IMG/VR virus record: IMGVR_UViG_3300043418_000375
Span: 1,426 to 65,425 of that record
Length of the DNA stretch: 64,000 nt
Strand: one strand, 5' to 3'
DNA from: a virus
Taxonomy: Duplodnaviria > Caudoviricetes
The translations under genes and the position numbers were made by a program. Positions within the stretch are counted from its first letter, which is position 1. Every line of letters starts with the position of its first letter. Below the pieces are notes generated by a model that was not told the DNA's origin, ran no database searches, and worked only from the letters and a program-made list of their open reading frames with translations. Positions 39,555 through 47,810 of this stretch are shown here, one piece after another.

Positions 39555-39865
39555 ACGAAGGCGATGGGTTTATCGAGACGATCAACACGCTCTTTGGCGG
39601 GGCGGTGACCACGTTGATCGGGGCCTTCACCGGGCGGCTCATGTGGCATTCGGGCGAGGTCAAGCTTGGCAGGCGTCGGTTCTTTGGCAAGGAACTCTTG
39701 TGGGAAATCCCTGTGGCTGTTGGCATGGCGCTGATCGGCGAGGCAGCGGCGCGCTACATTGGTCTCGCGCAGCCGGTCTCGACCGGGTTCGTGGCGACAC
39801 TGGCCTATCTTGGGCCGCGCGGGGCGGAGGCATTGCTGACCGCTTGGATCGGGCGGAAGAAATAG
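39551..39865 (+). CDS. Holin-like membrane protein
   Basis: 104 aa with about three hydrophobic segments and a basic C-terminus; upstream of the endolysin. Confidence 0.72.
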   Translation: MNEGDGFIETINTLFGGAVTTLIGAFTGRLMWHSGEVKLGRRRFFGKELLWEIPVAVGMALIGEAAARYIGLAQPVSTGFVATLAYLGPRGAEALLTAWIGRKK

Positions 39866-39930
39866 CGTCCAGATCGCGGCGATTGTCTTGATACATCGTT
39901 CCGGATCAACCATCTGGGGCGCAAGACTTG

Positions 39931-40188
39931 ATGAAAGGCCCCGGCATCATGAGCGAGATCGCGCATATTCTGGCTGAGATTACCCGAACTGCGGATCCGG
40001 TTGGGGCCATTCGATCTTGCGTCCTGGCACGAGGCGGCACTTGGCCCGACGCCGAGATCCGGTCCGGGCTCTTTGAAATCCAGCTTGCAGGGCTTGTGGG
40101 CCTCGGTGCGAGCGCACGCACGGCGGTAGAGGATTGGATCCTTCAGGCCAAAGCCCATTTGCGGGCGGCTGCGATGACCGCGGCCTGA
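39931..40188 (+). CDS. Hypothetical protein
   Basis: Co-oriented ORF inside the lysis cassette; start uncertain. Confidence 0.5.
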   Translation: MKGPGIMSEIAHILAEITRTADPVGAIRSCVLARGGTWPDAEIRSGLFEIQLAGLVGLGASARTAVEDWILQAKAHLRAAAMTAA

Positions 40189-40236
40189 CGCGGTGATCTG
40201 ACCGAACACGTTACCAAGACTTCAAACATCATCACG

Positions 40237-40269
40237 CGCCGCCCCACCCCCGGGGCGGCGTTTTGCTTT
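40237..40269 (+). terminator. Terminator-like hairpin before the endolysin
   Basis: CGCCGCCCC/GGGGCGGCG stem followed by TTTTGCTTT. Confidence 0.55.
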
Positions 40270-40284
40270 GCATCGGAGAGCGAC

Positions 40285-41217
40285 ATGACGCCTTTTGACA
40301 TCGCCAAGAGTTACATCGGCCTGACTGAGGGCGCGGGCCCCACCGACAATCCCAAAATCGTCGAAATGTATGCCTCCGTCGGCCATTCCCATGTCGAGCA
40401 TGACGATGTGGCCTGGTGCGCGGCCTTTGTCGGGCATTGCCTTGAGACGGCCGGCATCCGCTCGACGCGCCAGTTGAACGCGCGATCCTATCTCGACTGG
40501 GGCATGCCCGTGGAGATCGCGGAGGCCCGGCAGGGGGATATCGCGGTAATCCCGCGCGGCGGGTCTGGCTGGCAGGGCCATGTCTTCTTCATAGACCGGA
40601 TCGAGGGGCCTTGGGTCTGGGGGCTCGGCGGCAATCAGGATGATGCTGTCACTGTGAAGCGCTATCCGGTCGCAAAGCTCTTGGGCGTCCGGCGTGCAGG
40701 GCTTGTTGCCCGGCCGGCGGAGAAGTCGGTCGAAGCCGTTCAGCACCGGCTTGCGGCGCTTGGCTATCATGAAGTTGGCAAGATGGATGGCCAAATGGGT
40801 CCTCGCACCCGAGCAGCCATCCTCGCCTTTCGGCATGACAATGACTTGCCACTGGTGCCGATCATTGATGCGACACTGACGCAGGCACTGGAAACTGCCG
40901 CGCCGCGCGAGATCGCGCCCGCGCGCGCATCCGGTGTTCCGACAAAAAGCCGCATCATCAGCGCGGCTAATGCGCAAGTTGGGCTTGGGGTGCTTGGCGC
41001 GGCGGGCTCGATCGGCAGCCAGATCGCGCCAGCGCTGATCGAGGCCGAAGAGGCCCGCGATACGGCCGGGCGCGTGTTCACACTGATCGGGCTTGAGAGT
41101 TGGCTTGCTGCGGCATTGCCTTGGATCGGGGCGGCCGTGTTCTTTGGCGTGATCTTCTATGCCCTGAGAGCGAGGGCGGCCAGGATCGACGATCACCAGC
41201 GTGGGAAAACGCCATGA
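40285..41217 (+). CDS. Endolysin: TIGR02594-type NlpC/P60-CHAP domain, PG-binding domain and C-terminal hydrophobic region
   Basis: D.VAWCAAFV, ARSY..WG, GHV.F, LGGNQ.D; VQHRL..LGY..DG.MG..TR.AI.AF. Confidence 0.88.
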   Translation: MTPFDIAKSYIGLTEGAGPTDNPKIVEMYASVGHSHVEHDDVAWCAAFVGHCLETAGIRSTRQLNARSYLDWGMPVEIAEARQGDIAVIPRGGSGWQGHVFFIDRIEGPWVWGLGGNQDDAVTVKRYPVAKLLGVRRAGLVARPAEKSVEAVQHRLAALGYHEVGKMDGQMGPRTRAAILAFRHDNDLPLVPIIDATLTQALETAAPREIAPARASGVPTKSRIISAANAQVGLGVLGAAGSIGSQIAPALIEAEEARDTAGRVFTLIGLESWLAAALPWIGAAVFFGVIFYALRARAARIDDHQRGKTP

Positions 41218-41471
41218 TCGTGTTTGTTACACGGATTGTCACCGCATTTGGGCAGCGCGTCGCGTTTTGGGCCGCCCTGTGTTTGATCCTGATCTCCGCC
41301 CTGCGCATCGCGAAACGCCAGGGGCGTCACGCAGCAAAGGCGGAGTTTGCCATTCGCGCGGATGAGGCCCGTATCCGCGCGCTGCGCACATCCCGAAAGG
41401 TTCGCCATGCGATCGAAACTTTGCCTGAAGCTGAGCGTAATCGCCGCCTTGATCGCTGGATGCGCGACTGA
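41214..41471 (+). CDS. i-spanin (Rz-like)
   Basis: N-terminal TM then charged helix; ATGA overlap with the endolysin. Confidence 0.7.
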   Translation: MIVFVTRIVTAFGQRVAFWAALCLILISALRIAKRQGRHAAKAEFAIRADEARIRALRTSRKVRHAIETLPEAERNRRLDRWMRD

Positions 41472-41607
41472 TCCAGGTGTGAGCTCGGGCTGTGATTGGG
41501 CAGAGCCGATACGGCCGTCTCGGGCGGATCAGTTGAGCGAAGGGACTGCCCAGCAGATCCTCACCCATAACGAGACAGGCGCAGAACTCTGCGGCTGGCG
41601 CCCGTGA
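41407..41607 (+). CDS. o-spanin lipoprotein (Rz1-like)
   Basis: MRSK...LIAG-C lipobox; overlaps the i-spanin 3' end; C.W..PI..S..D.L...HNE....C. Confidence 0.75.
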   Translation: MRSKLCLKLSVIAALIAGCATDPGVSSGCDWAEPIRPSRADQLSEGTAQQILTHNETGAELCGWRP

Positions 41608-41623
41608 AAACCTACGTCACCGA

Positions 41624-42307
41624 TCAGTTCTTGCCGCAGCACTGCTTGTATTTGCGCCCTGATCCGCAAGGGCATGGATCGTTGCGACCCGGGCGCGGCG
41701 CGGATTTGAACGGCTGGCCGGGGAGATTGGCAGGCATCGCGCGAGCTAGTTCGGGGCGCGATTGGTGCAGGATTGTCGCCACGCAGTTCGGGATCAGATC
41801 AGGGGCCTCTTTATCGATCTGGTCAATCTCTTCATCGCTGAACTTGCTGTTCCCGATGTAGATATCCTGCAGCGCCATGATGAAAATCATGGTTTCACGG
41901 GTCTCGTCATCGGCCCGATCGAGAAGGGCCTCCCAGGCCTTGGGCCGCAAGGCCATGGCGCGTGTGAAGCCATCGACCCAAGGTTCCCAGAGGGTCTCGT
42001 CGCTGTTCGTGTCGATCTCGTAGATCGGTTCAACCCAGAGCGATTGCGTGATCCGGGCAGCGATGTCGTTGTAATGGGCCATCACCGCCCCGATCGTCGC
42101 TTGCGCCGTGGCGAGGTCGGGGAATTGCGCATCCCCCGTTACACCCCAGACCTTTGAGAGCCAGTCCGAGGGAGGGATCATCTCGGGACAGGCCAGAAGG
42201 CCGGTGACGAACCCATCAAGTTCGCTCACCGTCATCGGTTCGTTCTCGACGGGCAGCGCCTGCAAGAGTTCTTCCAGACGGTCGAGCCGTTTGTCGTCCT
42301 GATCCAT
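41624..42307 (-). CDS. UPF0149/YecA-family protein with SEC-C motif
   Basis: [14 protein letters not shown]; C-terminal [18 protein letters not shown]. Confidence 0.9.
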   Translation of the reverse strand: MDQDDKRLDRLEELLQALPVENEPMTVSELDGFVTGLLACPEMIPPSDWLSKVWGVTGDAQFPDLATAQATIGAVMAHYNDIAARITQSLWVEPIYEIDTNSDETLWEPWVDGFTRAMALRPKAWEALLDRADDETRETMIFIMALQDIYIGNSKFSDEEIDQIDKEAPDLIPNCVATILHQSRPELARAMPANLPGQPFKSAPRPGRNDPCPCGSGRKYKQCCGKN

Positions 42308-42411
42308 GACTGGTCCCCCCCCTGCAGCTGCGCCCCCCTTAACTGCACTGGCCTAAATTCTCAATCGAACTCGTTCTGACCCGGCCGCTCGGATGGTCCG
42401 TGGAGGCATGC

Positions 42412-42771
42412 ATGAACACGTCACTTCAAGAAGGCCCAGTCATCCTGATCGGCTACGAATACCGGCTGCAGCTTCAGGCCGAGGCGGATTTGTTCCCAGA
42501 GGGGGCCAGTTTTGTGGGCCAAGTGCGCAGCACGATCGGTGCGACGACGCCGGTGGCAGAACTCTCCAGTGCGGCGGGCAGCGTGCTGCGCGTGGACGTG
42601 CGCACGCTGGAAATCGTTCTGATGCCTGACGTGACTTCCAGCCTCTCGCCAGGCGGGATTGTTCTGGATCTCGTGCGCACCGATCTGACCCCCGACCGGC
42701 ATCTCGGCTTCGTTCTGGAAATCCCTGTGGTCCTGCCGGTGACGAGGCTCCCTGTCTCTGCGGGGCTTTGA
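42412..42771 (+). CDS. Hypothetical protein (possible fibre adaptor)
   Basis: GGAGG RBS; first gene of the second fibre operon. Confidence 0.7.
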   Translation: MNTSLQEGPVILIGYEYRLQLQAEADLFPEGASFVGQVRSTIGATTPVAELSSAAGSVLRVDVRTLEIVLMPDVTSSLSPGGIVLDLVRTDLTPDRHLGFVLEIPVVLPVTRLPVSAGL

Positions 42772-42774
42772 TCC

Positions 42775-43002
42775 GTGGCGGCAGCACTTGAACTGCGGCC
42801 CCTGACCGGGCCCATCCGGCTGCATTTGAAAGCCAGTGAACCGATCCAGCTCCGCGTTCTCGCAGGGCCAGTGGCTCTGCGGCTTCTCGGCCAGCCCGGG
42901 CCCCAAGGCCGAACCGGTGTGCAAGGCGACAAGGGCGATCAAGGCACACCTGGAATCACAATTCTTCCGACCGACGCTCCCATCAACGGAGGCTTCTTCT
43001 GA
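42775..43002 (+). CDS. Short collagen-repeat protein
   Basis: GQPGPQGRTGVQGDKGDQGTPG; ends INGGFF; TGATG coupling. Confidence 0.72.
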   Translation: MAAALELRPLTGPIRLHLKASEPIQLRVLAGPVALRLLGQPGPQGRTGVQGDKGDQGTPGITILPTDAPINGGFF

Positions 43003-44642
43003 TGGCCAATACGATCCAACTCAAACGCCGTGTCTCGGGCGTAGCCGGCGCGCCGGCTGCGCTTAAATCCGGCGAGATTGCCCATAACGAGGTTGATGAC
43101 ACGCTTTATGTCGGCAAGGGCGATGATGGGGCGGGCAATGCGACCTCTGTCATCCCGCTTGCGGGCAAAGGGGCCTTTGTCGATCTCGCGGCCTCGCAAA
43201 GCATCGCCGGGGCCAAGACCTTCGCCACCGTCCCGAAATCCTCCGAGGACGCGAGTGCTGCGACAGACCTCGTGCGCAAATCCCAAGTAGATGCAGGGTT
43301 GGCCACGAAGGCCGCGCTCGCCCATGTCCATGGGCTCAGCGACGTGACGGGGCTGCAGGGCGCCCTCGATGCAAAGGCGCCGCTGGCGTCCCCTGGTCTG
43401 ACCGGCACGCCCACGGCACCTACGGCTGCGGCGGATACGAGCACCACGCAACTGGCAACGACGGCTTTCGTGCTGGGCCAAGCTGGTGCCACGGCGCCCG
43501 CGATGGACGGCACGGCCGCTGTGGGCAGTTCGACGCGCTTCGCCCGCGCAGATCACATTCATCCAAGCGATACTTCGCGCGCGCCGCTGGCCTCGCCCGG
43601 CCTGACGGGCACGCCCACCGCGCCGACGCCTGCGAACGGCACGAACACGACGCAGATAGCCACGACCGCCTTCGTGCGGGCGACCCGGCTTGATCAGCTC
43701 GCAGCCCCCGCATCGGATATCGCGCTCGGTGGCTATCGCCTGAGCGGGCTTGGTGATCCGATGGCGGCCCAGGATGCCGTGACCAAGGCCTATGTCGATC
43801 TCACGGTCCAGGGGCTCGAGCCAAAGCAATCGGTCCGCGCCGCCAGCACGGCGAATATCGCGACACTGTCCGGCCCGATGACCCTCGATGGCGTGGCGCT
43901 GGTCGCAGGCGACCGGGTGCTGGTGAAGGATCAGACGACCGCAAGTCAGAACGGCATTTATGTCGTGGCCGCCGGGGCCTGGGCCCGCTCTACAGACGCC
44001 GACACCTGGGCCAAACTGGTCTCGGCTTACGTCTTTATCGAGAGCGGCACGGTCAATGCCGACATGGGCTATCTCGCCACCGTCGATCCCGGCGGCACGC
44101 TTGGCACCACGGCCGTCACCTTCGTGCAGTTCACCGGGGCGGGGCAGATCCTGGCCGGGGCGGGCCTCGCCAAATCCGGCAACACGCTCGATGTGGGGGC
44201 CGGGACCGGCATTGCCGTGGCGGCAGATACCGTTGGGCTTACTGGACAGGCGCTGGCGCTGCACAATTTGGCGACCAACGGGCTTGTGGTCCGGACGGCC
44301 GCTGCGACGGTGGCCGCTCGGTCGATTGCAGTGAGCGGCACCGGGCTTTCTGTCTCGAATGGCGATGCGGTGGCAGGCAACCCGACCCTGAGCCTCGCCG
44401 CGGCACTGGCCAGTGTCGGGGGGCTGACCCCGGCGGCCGATCAGATCGCCTATTACAGCGGGGCCGCCACCGCGGCACTCACAGCGCTGACGGCTTTTGC
44501 CCGCACGCTTCTCGATGATGCCGATGCGGCAACCGCCCGCGCCACCCTGGGGCTCGGCTCCCTTGCCACGCAATCAGCGGCATCCGTCAGCATTACCGGC
44601 GGCACCATCAATGGCGTGGCGCTCGACGGTGGGACGTTCTGA
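43002..44642 (+). CDS. Tail fibre protein
   Basis: N-terminal IQLKR...GEIA.N; two APLASPGLTGTPTAPT..TTQ.ATTAFV repeats; GDRVLVKDQ...NGIY; ends LDGGTF. Confidence 0.85.
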   Translation: MANTIQLKRRVSGVAGAPAALKSGEIAHNEVDDTLYVGKGDDGAGNATSVIPLAGKGAFVDLAASQSIAGAKTFATVPKSSEDASAATDLVRKSQVDAGLATKAALAHVHGLSDVTGLQGALDAKAPLASPGLTGTPTAPTAAADTSTTQLATTAFVLGQAGATAPAMDGTAAVGSSTRFARADHIHPSDTSRAPLASPGLTGTPTAPTPANGTNTTQIATTAFVRATRLDQLAAPASDIALGGYRLSGLGDPMAAQDAVTKAYVDLTVQGLEPKQSVRAASTANIATLSGPMTLDGVALVAGDRVLVKDQTTASQNGIYVVAAGAWARSTDADTWAKLVSAYVFIESGTVNADMGYLATVDPGGTLGTTAVTFVQFTGAGQILAGAGLAKSGNTLDVGAGTGIAVAADTVGLTGQALALHNLATNGLVVRTAAATVAARSIAVSGTGLSVSNGDAVAGNPTLSLAAALASVGGLTPAADQIAYYSGAATAALTALTAFARTLLDDADAATARATLGLGSLATQSAASVSITGGTINGVALDGGTF

Positions 44643-44644
44643 CC

Positions 44645-45238
44645 ATGGCCAATACTTTGCTTTTGAAGCGCAGCGCGGTTGCAGGGCGCGCGCCGGTGCT
44701 TGCGGACCTTGTCCTCGGCGAGCTTGCGGTCAACGTGACAGACGGAAAGCTATATCTCAAGAAAAGCACGAGCGGCGTCGAGAGCATCGTCGATGTCACG
44801 GCTGGTGGCATGACCGATGCCGAACTCTTCGCCAAGGTGACCGCGCAAGACGGATCTGGTTCTGGGCTGGATGCCGATCTACTTGATGGCACCCAGGCCA
44901 GCGCCTTTGCGCAGCTCGCTGGGGCGACCTTCACTGGCACGGTCACAGCCCCGAACTTCGTCTCTTCGTCCGACGCGCGGCTCAAATCCGACATCGCCCC
45001 GATCCCGGATGCGCTGGCCAAGGTGCAGGCACTGACCGGCGTCACCTTCCGGATGGCCGGATCGGATACCCGCCAGATGGGTCTCATCGCACAGGAGGTG
45101 CAGCGGGTTGCGCCAGAAGCTGTGGTCGAGGCCGAAGGGGTGCTGCGCCTCGCTTACGGCAATCTCATCGGGCTCCTCGTCGAGGCCATCAAGGACCTCG
45201 CCCAAGAGGTCGATCAGCTGAAAAGGACCACCCCATGA
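44645..45238 (+). CDS. Short fibre protein with S74 intramolecular chaperone
   Basis: N-terminal LKRS...GELAVN.TDGKLY; DG.GSGLDADLLDG; SSSDARLKSDI...GLIAQEV. Confidence 0.85.
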   Translation: MANTLLLKRSAVAGRAPVLADLVLGELAVNVTDGKLYLKKSTSGVESIVDVTAGGMTDAELFAKVTAQDGSGSGLDADLLDGTQASAFAQLAGATFTGTVTAPNFVSSSDARLKSDIAPIPDALAKVQALTGVTFRMAGSDTRQMGLIAQEVQRVAPEAVVEAEGVLRLAYGNLIGLLVEAIKDLAQEVDQLKRTTP

Positions 45239-46137
45239 TCGCGAGCGGGCTTTATGCCATCACCCATTGCGGCGTACCGCGCCATTACGCGGTCGATGTC
45301 AAACCTGACTATGTCTCCGTTGCCGTCTTCGAGTTCGCAAACCCTGGCACGGCAACGGGTATGGGCGGGGTCATGCTCTGGGCAGATCTTCTGCCGCATC
45401 TCGAGGCGCGGCCTGCCTTTGGCAGTCAGGCCGGATTTGTCGACCTCGTTCATAACGAATGCTTTGTTCCGGATCTTCCCGGCGCGCCGATGGGGGCGAT
45501 TTACAAGGGCCGCTCCTGCCTCGTTGCCGGTGGCATGCGCGGACATGACGAGTTGGTCGATCACGCGCTGATCGACATGGCTGTCGGCGCCGACGGGCGG
45601 CCGCTTTCCTGGCGCAATCGCTTTGCCCGCTCCGCGCGGGAGAAGATCGACACCTCGTTCCGGTACCGGGCACGCGAAGGCATCTCGAATGCACTCGTCG
45701 TCTTTCTGCCGGTGGTGGTGCCCTTCGATCAGGCCCGGATCGAGGTTCTCTGTCAGATCCCGCCGATCCTGCTGAACGGCACGGTACAGATAGGCGAAAT
45801 TGACGATGCGACGATCCCGAAGGACGGGCTCTGGTACAAGCAGTTCTACTTCCACGCCTTGGGCCCAGAGGCGGCAACCGTGCCAGCCGGTGGGCGAGTG
45901 GATCTGCCTGTGGCACTCAAATGGAACGCGGACGGCTCCGCCTTTGCCCATGCCGTCGCGCTGAAATTGGAAAGCGACGCGGGCTATCTGCCAAAACGCC
46001 GCCTCCTCACTTCTGCTGACGGCACGGGCAGCTTTGCCATCGAGGCCTCGGGGCTCGCCTCGGGCGACCGCATCACCGTCAAACTCAACACCGAGCATTA
46101 CACTGCGATCGGCAAGATCGTGTTGGAGGTCATCTGA
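45235..46137 (+). CDS. Hypothetical protein, 300 aa, with a beta-rich (Ig-like?) C-terminus
   Basis: Coupled on both sides (ATGA, TGATG). Confidence 0.8.
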   Translation: MIASGLYAITHCGVPRHYAVDVKPDYVSVAVFEFANPGTATGMGGVMLWADLLPHLEARPAFGSQAGFVDLVHNECFVPDLPGAPMGAIYKGRSCLVAGGMRGHDELVDHALIDMAVGADGRPLSWRNRFARSAREKIDTSFRYRAREGISNALVVFLPVVVPFDQARIEVLCQIPPILLNGTVQIGEIDDATIPKDGLWYKQFYFHALGPEAATVPAGGRVDLPVALKWNADGSAFAHAVALKLESDAGYLPKRRLLTSADGTGSFAIEASGLASGDRITVKLNTEHYTAIGKIVLEVI

Positions 46138-46877
46138 TGGAAATTCCGACCACGAGTGACTTGCAGCTGATCTATCCAAGCTTCGTGCTGCACAAGCACT
46201 GGCAGATGCCTGAGGGCTTCAATGACCGCCTTTACGCGCTGGCGGCTGAGGATGCCGCGGCCCATCGCATCCAGAATGCGGGGGATGGCCGCAATGTCGG
46301 CGATACGACCAATCATCTCGGGCATCTGCGGCATAACTTCCTGATGGACCGGCAGGACCCGGCCCTCGCGGTACTGGCGCAAATGGTCGCGGCTGGCGTG
46401 CGGGAATATCTGCAACTGGCCTATGGCTATGACCATACCGGCGACATCGCCATGATGTCGGACACCTTCTGGCAGCGCAGGTCGTTGCGCGAGAACGTCG
46501 GCATCAACACCCACACCCATATCCAGAGCGACATCGTCTGCACCTATTACCCGCGGGTGGTGCTGGATGCCGATTGTCCGGACACCTCGCTGCATCGTGG
46601 AGCGGTGCGGTTTTATGATCCGGCCAATGTCGGCAAGCGGCTTTGGCCCTGTCGCAACCCGGACGCCTACACTGGCGGTTGGTATGCGGTCGAGCCCAAG
46701 GCGGGGTCCATGCTCGTCTTCGAGGGGCATCTTCCCCACGACAGCACGTTCTTCGCGGGGGAGGAGCGGATGTGCATTCCGGTCCTCTGTTCGCTCACCC
46801 TTCCGAATTCCCATTGCAAGGCCGGGCTCGCCGAGATCCTGGCCCATCAGGCACAAGGAGGCGGCCATGGCCTATAA
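46137..46877 (+). CDS. 2OG-Fe(II) oxygenase (TIGR02466-like)
   Basis: HTH...YY...F.DP...P.AG.MLVFEGHLPH......R DSBH pattern. Confidence 0.78.
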   Translation: MEIPTTSDLQLIYPSFVLHKHWQMPEGFNDRLYALAAEDAAAHRIQNAGDGRNVGDTTNHLGHLRHNFLMDRQDPALAVLAQMVAAGVREYLQLAYGYDHTGDIAMMSDTFWQRRSLRENVGINTHTHIQSDIVCTYYPRVVLDADCPDTSLHRGAVRFYDPANVGKRLWPCRNPDAYTGGWYAVEPKAGSMLVFEGHLPHDSTFFAGEERMCIPVLCSLTLPNSHCKAGLAEILAHQAQGGGHGL

Positions 46878-47181
46878 GGTTGGAACCACCATCGTGATCG
46901 ATGACACGGGCTTTGTGGATTGGGCGCGTATCGCCAACAAGCCGGTCATCGGCACCGGGGATGTCAGCGAAGTGGCTTTGGTAAATGGGGTGCCGAGTTC
47001 TGGCGCTACGGGAGTTGCGACGGGGGCGGTTTACGGGTCTGGCGGCATCAACAGCGGGTTTGGCGGCACCACAACCTACAATTGCTATATCGAAAGCCTG
47101 TCGGGCGGCGGGACTGGGGCCACCATCACGATCACCGCCAACCGCAAGAGCTTCAACTGCAACTGCGCCTGCCGGTGCTGA
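46867..47181 (+). CDS. 104-aa Gly/Thr-rich protein ending NCNCACRC; putative modified substrate/fibre-tip protein
   Basis: AAGGAGG RBS; MAYKVGTTIVIDD N-terminus; C-x-C-x-C-x-C directly before the stop. Confidence 0.8.
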   Translation: MAYKVGTTIVIDDTGFVDWARIANKPVIGTGDVSEVALVNGVPSSGATGVATGAVYGSGGINSGFGGTTTYNCYIESLSGGGTGATITITANRKSFNCNCACRC

Positions 47182-47183
47182 AA

Positions 47184-47810
47184 ATGGAGGTTCGCAGCAC
47201 GCGCCTGGAGCTCTGGCCGACCCGGGTCAGTTTTTTTGAAACCCCCGTCGATTGGCCGGTAAACCGGCAATTGGCCGATGAAGCCATTGCCACTGTCGCG
47301 CACCGGGGCGCGCGGCTTTCTGCGGCCGAGCGGCGGGTGCGGGGCATCCTTGAGAGAAGCGCGGCTGGCCAGTCCCTGAAATCCCATCTCTTCGCCTGTG
47401 CGCGTGCCGTGCTTGGTCCCTGGGCGCCCTATCTCGATCCCCACCATTGCGAAAACCGTGCCCTCGTCATCGAGCCGGGTGGGTTCATCTCGACCCACAA
47501 GGACAGCCGCGAGGGGGATCTCACTTGCGTGCACTTCCTGACCGGCGGTGGGGCGGGGCAGTCGGTGAACTCTGTCGGCACCCCGCGCTTCGTGGTCGAG
47601 GATCCGTCGCGGTATTTTGACGAGGGACGGTTGCCGTTTGAGAGCCGCCATGGCTTCTCGGTCAATCCGCGCCCCGGGCTCTCGATCTTCTTCCCCTCCC
47701 ACATTCCCCACAACCAGCACCCCTATGAGGGCAGCACGCCGCATGTTCAGGTCGTCGCGAACTTCCGCGTCAATCTGCCTGTGGTGATCGAAGAAAGGCT
47801 ATTTGACTGA
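47184..47810 (+). CDS. 2OG-Fe(II) oxygenase
   Basis: HKD (HxD)...EDP...PRPGLSIFFPSHIPH...NF. Confidence 0.78.
   Translation: MEVRSTRLELWPTRVSFFETPVDWPVNRQLADEAIATVAHRGARLSAAERRVRGILERSAAGQSLKSHLFACARAVLGPWAPYLDPHHCENRALVIEPGGFISTHKDSREGDLTCVHFLTGGGAGQSVNSVGTPRFVVEDPSRYFDEGRLPFESRHGFSVNPRPGLSIFFPSHIPHNQHPYEGSTPHVQVVANFRVNLPVVIEERLFD

Noticed and set aside
20290-41607. Gene transfer agent cluster
   Set aside because: The head module is lambda-type (GpA, gpB, S49, gpD, gpE) with integrase and replication genes, unlike the HK97-type RcGTA cluster.
42939-44573. 544-aa minus-strand ORF
   Set aside because: Shadow of the tail fibre gene; Arg/Gly-rich with no recognisable domain.
39230-45200. Possible diversity-generating retroelement TR/VR pair in the duplicated fibre segments
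   Set aside because: No reverse transcriptase in the window; differences are not adenine-restricted and both copies are coding paralogues.
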